From an uncultured Alphaproteobacteria bacterium (GTDB lineage Bacteria > Pseudomonadota > Alphaproteobacteria > HIMB59 > GCA-002718135): a stretch of DNA of 64,000 nt. The position numbers and the translations under genes were made by a program. The stretch's first letter is position 1. Each line of letters starts with the position of its first letter. The notes under the pieces are model-generated. The model was given only the letters and a program-made list of their open reading frames with translations, ran no database searches and had not been told where the DNA came from. Below, piece by piece: positions 55,924 to 64,000 of this stretch. Where the stretch lies: contig CACMJS010000003.1 of assembly GCA_902614085.1 (NCBI GenBank), positions 7,928-71,927 on the forward strand, in the 5' to 3' direction.

Positions 55924-57474
55924 ATGAAAAATTATCCTATCTGGAAATCATTTACAGTAATATCGTTAGTTCTATTAGGTATAATTTTTGCAATTCCTTC
56001 AATTATTTATGATGAAAATTCAGAAAATTGGTTTTTAAAAAATAAGATTAATCTAGGTTTAGACTTACAAGGTGGATCATATTTATTATTAGAGGTTCAG
56101 CTAGATGTTTTATACAAAGAAGAATTAGATAATTTTGTTGATAGCGCTCGTTTGATTTCAAGAGATCAAGCTGCAAAAATTGAAAAAATTGATGTTCAAG
56201 AAAATGAGGTTGTTGTTTTTTTTGCTAACAAAGAGAAGATAAAAGATATCAGAGATAGCTTTTTCCAAATGTATAGAGGAGTTACTTTACAAATTAATAA
56301 CAACAAACTCATTATAAAGTTAAATGATGAATATAGAAAAATTATTCAAGACTCAGCAATTAAGCAGTCACTTGAAATTGTTAGAAAAAGAATTGATGAA
56401 TCTGGCACTAAAGAACCTCTAATCCAAAGATCTGGTAAAAAGAGGATACTTTTACAATTACCAGGAGTAAAAGACCCAGAAAGAATTAAAGATTTATTAG
56501 GTAAAACAGCCAAACTTACTTTTCACATTGTTGATAATGATAATACTTCTGCTCTTCAAAATAACCTAGCTCCTTTTGGAAAAATTATTGTTCCAGATAT
56601 GTATGATGAAAACACAAAATATTTATTAGATAAAAGAGCAGTTGTTGGTGGAGAAAATTTAGTAGATGCAAAAGGTTCTTTTGATCAAACAGAAGGTCAT
56701 GCAGTATCATTCCGTTTTGATACAGAAGGTGCACAAAAATTTGGTAAAGTCACTACAAACAATATTGGGAAAAATCTTGCAGTTGTATTAGATGGTGTAG
56801 TGATCACAGCCCCTAGAATTAGTAGTGCTATTACAGGAGGCTCAGGTATTATAACTGGTAATTTTAATGCTCAAGAAGCATCTGATTTAGCAGTTTTATT
56901 AAGAGCTGGCGCCTTACCTGCACCTTTAGAAATAGTTGAAGAAAGATCAGTGGGCGCTGGTTTAGGTGCAGACTCTATAGCTGCAGGTCAAATAGCTGCT
57001 ATCATTGGTATGGTCTTAGTTTGTGTATTTATGATACTGATATATGGAACTTTTGGCGCTCTTGCTAACGTTTCGTTAATAGTAAATTTATTTATCATTA
57101 TTTCATTATTAGGAACAATTGGAGCAACATTGACATTACCTGGTATAGCCGGAATAGTATTAACAATTGGAATGGCAGTAGACGCAAATGTTCTAATTTT
57201 TGAAAGAATTAAAGAAGAAAGTTTAAAACAAACAAAAGTTTTTCAGATTGTAAAAAATGGCTTCGACAGAGCTATGTCAACTATACTCGATGCCAATATT
57301 ACAACTCTTATTGCAGCTGTGTTACTATTTGCATTTGGCTCTGGTCCAATAAGAGGTTTTTCAATTACACTTTCTTTAGGAGTGATAGCATCAATGTTCA
57401 CAGCTTTAATGCTTACAAATTTTTTAGTATACATGTACTTATCATTTGCAAATAAAAAGGAATTAAAACTATAA
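55924..57474 (+). CDS. secD: Protein translocase subunit SecD
   Basis: LGLDLQGG, RIDESG, LLRAGALPA, GAGLGADS, LTLPGIAG, AVDANVLIFER, DANITT. Confidence 0.97.
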   Translation: MKNYPIWKSFTVISLVLLGIIFAIPSIIYDENSENWFLKNKINLGLDLQGGSYLLLEVQLDVLYKEELDNFVDSARLISRDQAAKIEKIDVQENEVVVFFANKEKIKDIRDSFFQMYRGVTLQINNNKLIIKLNDEYRKIIQDSAIKQSLEIVRKRIDESGTKEPLIQRSGKKRILLQLPGVKDPERIKDLLGKTAKLTFHIVDNDNTSALQNNLAPFGKIIVPDMYDENTKYLLDKRAVVGGENLVDAKGSFDQTEGHAVSFRFDTEGAQKFGKVTTNNIGKNLAVVLDGVVITAPRISSAITGGSGIITGNFNAQEASDLAVLLRAGALPAPLEIVEERSVGAGLGADSIAAGQIAAIIGMVLVCVFMILIYGTFGALANVSLIVNLFIIISLLGTIGATLTLPGIAGIVLTIGMAVDANVLIFERIKEESLKQTKVFQIVKNGFDRAMSTILDANITTLIAAVLLFAFGSGPIRGFSITLSLGVIASMFTALMLTNFLVYMYLSFANKKELKL

Positions 57475-58373
57475 TGTTTGGTTTAAATAAAATTATTCCT
57501 GTGGAGCCTAATATTAATTTTTTAGGTTTAAGAAGAAATTTTTTAATTTTTTCTATTTTGGCAATGCTAATTTCAATTCTTTTATTAAGTATAAAAGGTT
57601 TAAATCTAGGTATTGATTTTAAAGGAGGTACTTTAATCGAGGTTAGTACAAAAAATACTTCAATTGGAGAATTAAGAGAAATTTTATCTTCTTCTTATAG
57701 TGATGTATCTTTACAAGAATTTGGTAATGAAAATATTATTTTGATTAGGCTTCAAAATAAAAGTAATCAAGAAAGTATAGAGACTGTTAATTCTGTTAAA
57801 AATTTAATTCAAGATAAAGTTGTTGAATTTAGGAGATCTGAATTTGTAGGGCCCACAATTAGTTCTGAGCTATTGTTTCGAGGTTTTCAAGCAGTCTCTT
57901 TTGCATTAATTGCTATTTTAATTTACATTTGGTTGCGTTTTGAATGGCAATTTGGTTTTGGGGCAGTTGTAGCATTAACTCATGATGTATTATTTACTCT
58001 TGGATTACTCTCTATTTTAAATGTAGAATTTTCTCTAGCAACAATAGCAGCAATTCTCACAATTGCTGGTTATTCCATTAATGATACAGTTGTGATATTT
58101 GATAGAGTTCGTGAAAATTTGAGAAAATATAAAAAGTTAGAGTTAGTAGATCTATTTAATTTATCAGTTAATAATACTTTATCCAGAACTATAATGACAA
58201 GTTTAACTACACTTCTAGCTTTAGTATCTTTATTTATTTTTGGAGGAGAGGTTATTAGACCTTTCGCCTTAACAATGATTATAGGTGTAATAATTGGAAC
58301 ATATTCATCTGTTTTTATTGCGGTCCCAACTTTATTAATCTTTAAGTTTAGACCGCAAGATGAAGATGATTAA
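57474..58373 (+). CDS. secF: Protein translocase subunit SecF
   Basis: LGIDFKGG, VGPT, RFEWQF, HDV, GYSINDTVVIFDRVREN, RTIMTS, GTYSS. Confidence 0.97.
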   Translation: MFGLNKIIPVEPNINFLGLRRNFLIFSILAMLISILLLSIKGLNLGIDFKGGTLIEVSTKNTSIGELREILSSSYSDVSLQEFGNENIILIRLQNKSNQESIETVNSVKNLIQDKVVEFRRSEFVGPTISSELLFRGFQAVSFALIAILIYIWLRFEWQFGFGAVVALTHDVLFTLGLLSILNVEFSLATIAAILTIAGYSINDTVVIFDRVRENLRKYKKLELVDLFNLSVNNTLSRTIMTSLTTLLALVSLFIFGGEVIRPFALTMIIGVIIGTYSSVFIAVPTLLIFKFRPQDEDD

Positions 58374-58966
58374 GCGTTATTTAAGTTTTCTGTAACTTTT
58401 TCCCAATTAACTAAATTATCAATAAAAGCTTTTAAATAATCAGGTCTTCTGTTTCTATAATCAACATAATATGAGTGTTCCCAAACATCACATCCAAGTA
58501 GAGGAGTGTGACCATGAACGATTGGGTTTTCTCCATTTGGTGTTTTAGTAATTTCTAATTTTCCATTATTAAGAACTAACCAACACCAACCTGATCCAAA
58601 TTGACCAATGCCTGCATTTATAAAATCTTCTTTCATTTTTTCAACTGAACCAATATCTGAAACTATCTTATTTTCGAGTTCAGAGGGAATTTTTCCATCT
58701 GGATTATTTTTCATAACTTCCCAAAAATGAACATGATTTATATGTTGTGCCACATTGTTAAATACCGGAGCATTTTTTTGATAAGACTTGATAACTATTT
58801 CATTAACGTTATCATCTGCTATATTTTGCTCTTTAATAAACTTATTTCCATTAGTAATGTAAGCCATGTGATGCTTATCATGATGCAACTCTAAAGTTTC
58901 TGCCGACATATACGGCATTAGAGCATCTTTACTGTAGGGTAGATCTGGTAACTCTAGATTTATCAT
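58370..58966 (-). CDS. sodB: Superoxide dismutase, probably Fe-type
   Basis: LPDLPY, HHDKHH, FNNVAQHINH (Gln of Fe-type), FGSGW, DVWEHSYY. Confidence 0.88.
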   Translation of the reverse strand: MINLELPDLPYSKDALMPYMSAETLELHHDKHHMAYITNGNKFIKEQNIADDNVNEIVIKSYQKNAPVFNNVAQHINHVHFWEVMKNNPDGKIPSELENKIVSDIGSVEKMKEDFINAGIGQFGSGWCWLVLNNGKLEITKTPNGENPIVHGHTPLLGCDVWEHSYYVDYRNRRPDYLKAFIDNLVNWEKVTENLNNA

Positions 58967-58981
58967 TTTATTTCCTTTGAT

Positions 58982-61786
58982 TTATAAAATTTTCTTTAAA
59001 AATTCACCTGTAAAGCTTTTTTTATTATTTGCAATATCTTCGGGGGTACCGGTTCCAACAATTTGACCACCATTTACACCTCCTAGAGGACCCAAATCAA
59101 TTATATGATCAGCTGTTTTAATAACATCAAGATTATGCTCAATAACGATTACAGTATTCCCTTCATCAACAAGAGTATGAAGAATTTTAAGTAATTTTTT
59201 CACATCATCAAAATGAAGACCGGTAGTTGGTTCATCAAGAATATATAGTGTTTTGCCTGTTGATCTTTTTGATAATTCTTTTGATAATTTTATTCTTTGA
59301 GCTTCTCCACCTGATAAAGTAGTAGCTGATTGACCTATTTTTATATAATCTAATCCGACATCCATTAATGTTTGTAATTTTTGTTTTATTGCAGGAATTT
59401 TATCGAAAAATTTATAACCTTCTTCAACAGTCATTTCTAAAACATCAGAAATAGATTTATCTTTATATTTTACTTCTAAAGTCTCCCTATTATACCTTTT
59501 GCCTTTGCAGATATCACACTCGACATAAACATCAGCTAAAAAATGCATTTCTATTTTTTTCACCCCATCACCTTCACATGATTCACATCTACCGCCTTTA
59601 ACATTAAATGAAAAACGACCTGGTTTATAGCCTCTAGCACTTGATTCATTCAAATTCGCAAACCAATCTCTTATCGGAGTAAAACATCCTGTATATGTTG
59701 CTGGGTTTGATCTTGGTGTTCTTCCAATAGGCGATTGATCAATATCAATTACTTTATCAATATGATTAATACCTTTAAAGTTAAAACGACTTTCATCTTT
59801 ATTTAAAGATTTATTGAAATACTCATCTAACCTTTGATACAATGTATCAATAATTAATGAAGATTTACCACTTCCAGATACACCTGTAACAGTAATAAAA
59901 TTACCTAAAGGTAAAGTTATATTAAGATTATCTAAGTTGTTTGTTTTTATTTTATTAAGCTTAAAAACTTTATTTTTATTAAATTTTCTTCTATTTTTTG
60001 GAACTTCTATTTCTAAGGATTTATTCAAATATTTTGCTGTCAAACTTTTATTATTTTTAAGTATTTTTTTAAGTCCTCCCTCTGCAATTATGTGCCCTCC
60101 ATTAACTCCTGCTTTAACACCAATATCAATTATATGATCAGATTGTCTAATTGCATCCTCATCATGTTCAACAACAATTACAGTATTTCCTAAATCTCTT
60201 AATCTAAATAAAGTTTCAATTAGTTGCTGATTATCTTTTTGATGTAATCCAATAGATGGTTCATCCAAAACATATAAAACTCCTGTTAAACCTGAGCCAA
60301 TTTGACTTGCCAATCTAATTCTTTGACTTTCACCTCCAGACAAAGTTTTACTAGCTCTTGCTAATGATAAATAATCTAAACCAACTCTATTTAAAAAAAC
60401 TAATCTATCTTTTATTTCTTTAATAACTCCTTCAGCAATTTTTTTATTATTTTTATCAAGTTTACTTTCAAGTGATGAAAACCAGTTTAAACATTCGCTA
60501 ATTGATTTTTTAGTAATATTTCCAATATGATTTTCATCAATTCTTACGGCTAAAGCTTTTTCGTTAAGACGGAAACCATTGCAAACTTCACAGTCTCTTT
60601 CAGATAAATATTTTTCTAATTCATACTGAAGCCACCATCTCTCAGTTTCCTCATATTTTCGATCAATAAAGTTAATTATTCCCTCAAAATCATATAAAAA
60701 ATTTAGTTCACTATTCTCATCTCCATAAAGAATTATATTTTTTACTTTTTTTGGAATTTCACTCCATGGAACATTTTTCTTAATTTTGAATTGTTTTAAA
60801 ATTTTATCTATTGTTTCAACAAAATATTTTTTTTGATAACCAAATACTTTTGTTTCCCATGGTTTAATAGCTCCATCAGAAATTGATCTAGTCTCATCTG
60901 GCACAATCTTGTTTTCGTCAAAATATTTTTCAACTCCTAACCCATCACACTCAGAACATGCACCCTGCGGTGCATTAAAACTAAATAATCTAGGTTCAAT
61001 CTCTTCAATACTAAATCCAGACACTGGGCATGCAAATTTTGATGAAAATATCGATATTTTATTCGTATCTAGATTTTCTAAATACAATAAACCATCTGAT
61101 AAAGTTAACGCAACTTCTATACTTTCACTCAGTCTTTGTTGGATATTTTTTTTTACAACAAGTCGATCAATTACAACATCAATATTATGTTTAAAATTCT
61201 TTTTAAGTGAAGGCACTTCATCAATATCATAGACAACATTATCTACTTTAAGTCGTTGATAACCTCTTTTTTTTAAATCTTCGATTTCTTTTCGATATTC
61301 ACCTTTTCGATCTCTAACTATTGGAGATAAAATATAAATTCTTTTATCAATATTATTTTTAATGATAAGATCAGTCATTTCACTAACTGATTGTGATTTA
61401 ATTGGTTTACCTGTTGCTGGAGAGTAGGGAACGCCAACTCTAGCATAAAGCACTCTTAGGTAATCGTAGATTTCTGTGACTGTACCTACGGTACTTCTTG
61501 GATTTTTTTGTGTAGTTTTTTGTTCTATAGAAATAGCTGGTGATAGACCATCAATACTATCTACATCAGGCTTATTCATCATTTGAAGAAATTGTCTTGC
61601 ATATGCTGATAGACTCTCAACATATTTTCTTTGTCCTTCAGAATAAATTGTATCAAATGCTAAAGTTGATTTTCCTGAGCCACTTACACCTGTAATTACA
61701 ACAAGTTTATTTTTTGGTATTTCTAAGTTGATATTTTTAAGATTGTGCTCTCTTGCACCTTTTATAACAATTTTATCTAAATTCAT
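58982..61786 (-). CDS. uvrA: Excinuclease ABC subunit A
   Basis: GAREHNLK, two GVSGSGKS Walker A motifs, [12 protein letters not shown] / LSGGEAQR, zinc fingers. Confidence 0.98.
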   Translation of the reverse strand: MNLDKIVIKGAREHNLKNINLEIPKNKLVVITGVSGSGKSTLAFDTIYSEGQRKYVESLSAYARQFLQMMNKPDVDSIDGLSPAISIEQKTTQKNPRSTVGTVTEIYDYLRVLYARVGVPYSPATGKPIKSQSVSEMTDLIIKNNIDKRIYILSPIVRDRKGEYRKEIEDLKKRGYQRLKVDNVVYDIDEVPSLKKNFKHNIDVVIDRLVVKKNIQQRLSESIEVALTLSDGLLYLENLDTNKISIFSSKFACPVSGFSIEEIEPRLFSFNAPQGACSECDGLGVEKYFDENKIVPDETRSISDGAIKPWETKVFGYQKKYFVETIDKILKQFKIKKNVPWSEIPKKVKNIILYGDENSELNFLYDFEGIINFIDRKYEETERWWLQYELEKYLSERDCEVCNGFRLNEKALAVRIDENHIGNITKKSISECLNWFSSLESKLDKNNKKIAEGVIKEIKDRLVFLNRVGLDYLSLARASKTLSGGESQRIRLASQIGSGLTGVLYVLDEPSIGLHQKDNQQLIETLFRLRDLGNTVIVVEHDEDAIRQSDHIIDIGVKAGVNGGHIIAEGGLKKILKNNKSLTAKYLNKSLEIEVPKNRRKFNKNKVFKLNKIKTNNLDNLNITLPLGNFITVTGVSGSGKSSLIIDTLYQRLDEYFNKSLNKDESRFNFKGINHIDKVIDIDQSPIGRTPRSNPATYTGCFTPIRDWFANLNESSARGYKPGRFSFNVKGGRCESCEGDGVKKIEMHFLADVYVECDICKGKRYNRETLEVKYKDKSISDVLEMTVEEGYKFFDKIPAIKQKLQTLMDVGLDYIKIGQSATTLSGGEAQRIKLSKELSKRSTGKTLYILDEPTTGLHFDDVKKLLKILHTLVDEGNTVIVIEHNLDVIKTADHIIDLGPLGGVNGGQIVGTGTPEDIANNKKSFTGEFLKKIL

Positions 61787-61843
61787 GAATATTAGTGTTA
61801 TCTAATAACGTTAATATGTTATATGGATATATATTGAATTCTT

Positions 61844-62317
61844 ATGGTTGGTAGTGTTAATAAAACAATTTTATTAGGAAACTTAGGAAGAGATCCTGAA
61901 ATTAGGTCTATGCAGTCTGGAGCTAAAATGGCTTCATTTTCAATTGCAACTTCAAAAAGATGGAAAGATAGAAATACTCAAGAACAAAAAGAAAAAACAT
62001 CTTGGCATAACATTGTTGTTTTTGGAGACGGCTTAGTTGATATAGTAGAAAAATACGTAAAAAAAGGATCTAAAATTTACGTTGAAGGAGAGCTTCAGAC
62101 AAGGAAATGGCAAGATAAAGATGGAAATGATAGATACACCACAGAGGTCATTTTACAGGGATATAATTGTAATTTAACCCTCTTAGACAGCAGAAATAGT
62201 AATTCTCAGGTATCTGATAATTCACAAGAAATGGATCAATCTAAGCCTATTGAGGACAATTCTTTTGGAAATCAATCAGGTGATTCTGAAGATTTAGATG
62301 AGGATATCCCTTTTTAA
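61844..62317 (+). CDS. ssb: Single-stranded DNA-binding protein
   Basis: SVNKTILLGNLGRDPE, KGSKIYVEGELQTRKW, acidic tail DEDIPF. Confidence 0.97.
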   Translation: MVGSVNKTILLGNLGRDPEIRSMQSGAKMASFSIATSKRWKDRNTQEQKEKTSWHNIVVFGDGLVDIVEKYVKKGSKIYVEGELQTRKWQDKDGNDRYTTEVILQGYNCNLTLLDSRNSNSQVSDNSQEMDQSKPIEDNSFGNQSGDSEDLDEDIPF

Positions 62318-62460
62318 ATATTTTCATTAGATATTATTATTTAATTACTGAAAAATATAGTTTTTTTAATATAACTTAATCATTTATTTATATTGGTTTA
62401 AATTCTGCTTTTTGATATAAAAAAATTCTTAATTTTTCTTAGAAAACTTGGATTTTTTTA

Positions 62461-64000
62461 GTGCCTGACGATATAGATACATCAAATAACGACAATCAAG
62501 AGCCTACTAATATACCTTCAGTAAGTTTAGAGCAAGAAATGCAAAAATCCTATCTGGATTATGCAATGTCTGTAATAGTTAGTAGGGCACTTCCAGACTG
62601 CAGAGATGGTTTAAAGCCAGTTCATAGAAGAATATTATACTCTATGAGTGAGTCAGGGTACAATTTTAATAAAGCATACAAAAAATCTGCAAGAATAGTG
62701 GGTGATGTAATGGGTAAATATCATCCTCATGGAGACTCAGCTATTTACAATTCTATGGTTAGAATGGCACAAGATTTTTCTATGCGATTAGAGTTAGTTG
62801 ATGGTCAAGGCAATTTTGGATCTTTAGATGGCGACCCTCCTGCAGCAATGAGATATACTGAAGCACGACTTGCTAAAGTATCTGAGAAGCTAGTTGAAGA
62901 TATAAATAAAAACACCGTTTCGTTTCAACCTAATTATGATGACACAACAACAGAACCCTCAGTTTTGCCATCCCAATTTCCAAATCTTTTAGTTAATGGT
63001 GCATCGGGAATTGCAGTTGGAATGGCGACTAATATTGCCCCACATAATTTAGGAGAAGTAATAGATGCATCTTTGTATCTTATTAAAAATCCAGAATGTA
63101 ACATCTCAGACCTTCAAAAATATATTTTTGGTCCTGATTTTCCAACAGGAGGACAAATAATTGGTAAAAAGGGCATAACTGAAGCTTTTGAAACAGGAAA
63201 AGGAGGGTGTGTAGTTAGATCGAAGACTAGTATTGAAAATTTTAAAAAGGATAGAGAAGCAATTATTCTGCATGAAATACCTTACCAGGTTAATAAATCA
63301 AAATTATTAGAAAGGATTGCAGAAATTGTAAAAAATGGAATTGTTGAAGGAATTTCAGATCTAAGAGATGAGTCAGACAGAAACGGTGTTAGGGTTGTTA
63401 TAGAATTAAAAAAAGATGTAGACTCAAATATTATTCTCAATCAATTATATAAACATACTTTAATTCAAACAACATTCAATTCTAATATGCTTGCTTTAAA
63501 TAAAGGTAAGCCGGAACAAATGAATTTAAAAGAAATTTTATCTTCATTTTTAGATTTCAGAGAAGAAGTAATTATAAAAAGAACATTATTTGATCTTAAT
63601 AAAGCTAGAGAAAAAGCTCATATCTTAGTTGGATTGGTTGTTACTAATGAGCATATTGATGAAATTATAGAATTAATAAAAAGTTCAAAAGATACAAAAG
63701 AAGCAAAAGAAAAATTAATTAAAAAGAAATGGAAAGTATCTAAACAAAATCTTAATTTTATTAAATTAGTTGAAGATGATACTGTAGAGTTAAAAAGTAA
63801 CACTTTTAATTTTTCTGACGCACAGGCTAAAGCTATTTTAGAATTAAGATTGCAAAAATTAACTGCTTTAGAAAGAGAAGATATACAAAAAGATTTAGAA
63901 AGTTTAATTTTAGAAATTAAAAATTACCTATCTATACTTAATTCTAGGGACATTCTTTTAAAAGAAATAGAAAATGAATTAACTGAAATAAAAAAAGAAT
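62461..64000 (+). CDS. gyrA: DNA gyrase subunit A, N-terminal part (runs off the window; absent from the ORF track because it has no stop)
   Basis: GTG 62461 then [78 protein letters not shown]. Confidence 0.96.
   Translation, partial: MPDDIDTSNNDNQEPTNIPSVSLEQEMQKSYLDYAMSVIVSRALPDCRDGLKPVHRRILYSMSESGYNFNKAYKKSARIVGDVMGKYHPHGDSAIYNSMVRMAQDFSMRLELVDGQGNFGSLDGDPPAAMRYTEARLAKVSEKLVEDINKNTVSFQPNYDDTTTEPSVLPSQFPNLLVNGASGIAVGMATNIAPHNLGEVIDASLYLIKNPECNISDLQKYIFGPDFPTGGQIIGKKGITEAFETGKGGCVVRSKTSIENFKKDREAIILHEIPYQVNKSKLLERIAEIVKNGIVEGISDLRDESDRNGVRVVIELKKDVDSNIILNQLYKHTLIQTTFNSNMLALNKGKPEQMNLKEILSSFLDFREEVIIKRTLFDLNKAREKAHILVGLVVTNEHIDEIIELIKSSKDTKEAKEKLIKKKWKVSKQNLNFIKLVEDDTVELKSNTFNFSDAQAKAILELRLQKLTALEREDIQKDLESLILEIKNYLSILNSRDILLKEIENELTEIKKE

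Noticed and set aside
61787-61843. LexA box between divergent uvrA and ssb
   Set aside because: No alphaproteobacterial GTTC-N7-GTTC or enterobacterial CTGT-N8-ACAG; only short AT-rich palindromes (GTTAT-CTA-ATAAC, TAACGTTA) of doubtful significance.
62318-62460. ncRNA or small ORF between ssb and gyrA
   Set aside because: Almost purely A/T, with only imperfect weak inverted repeats and no credible reading frame; most likely terminator plus promoter space.
2535-63803. Remaining short nested or antisense ORFs in the track (e.g. 2535, 7528, 11676, 12908, 15804, 16845, 20463, 24397, 26713, 29753, 31602, 32901, 33898, 39999, 40169, 43800, 47438, 49280, 50696, 54049, 57243, 59937, 60909, 63618)
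   Set aside because: All are embedded in confidently assigned genes and lack recognisable features.
1-64000. CRISPR array, tRNA, rRNA, IS elements, prophage or anti-phage defence genes
   Set aside because: No regularly spaced repeats, cloverleaf motifs, transposase, integrase or defence-domain signatures were seen, and the intergenic gaps are mostly too short to hold them.

Overview
Very AT-rich, extremely gene-dense window from what looks like a streamlined marine alphaproteobacterium (SAR11/HIMB59-like; taxonomy is inferred from composition, compactness and the uvrA-ssb-gyrA and DUF815-yajC-secD-secF syntenies). About 70 CDS run from a partial aspS to a partial gyrA. I see no rRNA, tRNA, CRISPR array, IS element or prophage, and no recognisable transcription-factor gene. 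Main blocks: (1) 3-17.9 kb, a complete guanine-to-glyoxylate purine degradation pathway (guaD, xdhABC, puuD, uraH, uraD, puuE, alc, allA) with a BMP-type ABC importer and a purine phosphoribosyltransferase; (2) 20.5-25.2 kb, trpB2-DUF1015-serC-serA, a plausible phosphoserine-fed indole salvage module; (3) 31-38 kb, a PHYHD1-like dioxygenase, nucleoside hydrolase, psuG and psuK-like genes, and a kinase-M23-aminotransferase triple fusion, a plausible locus for recycling modified nucleosides and amino acids; (4) 39.4-42.4 kb, malyl-CoA lyase and malate thiokinase; (5) 43.2-49.1 kb, an orphan GTP-derived pathway (creatininase-like, MDR dehydrogenase, PTPS-IV-like, GT4, methyltransferase, RibD-reductase, GTP cyclohydrolase II) whose product is unknown to me and which is the best candidate for an undescribed system; (6) housekeeping genes at the right end. 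All family assignments come from motifs I recognised by eye; no database search was run.
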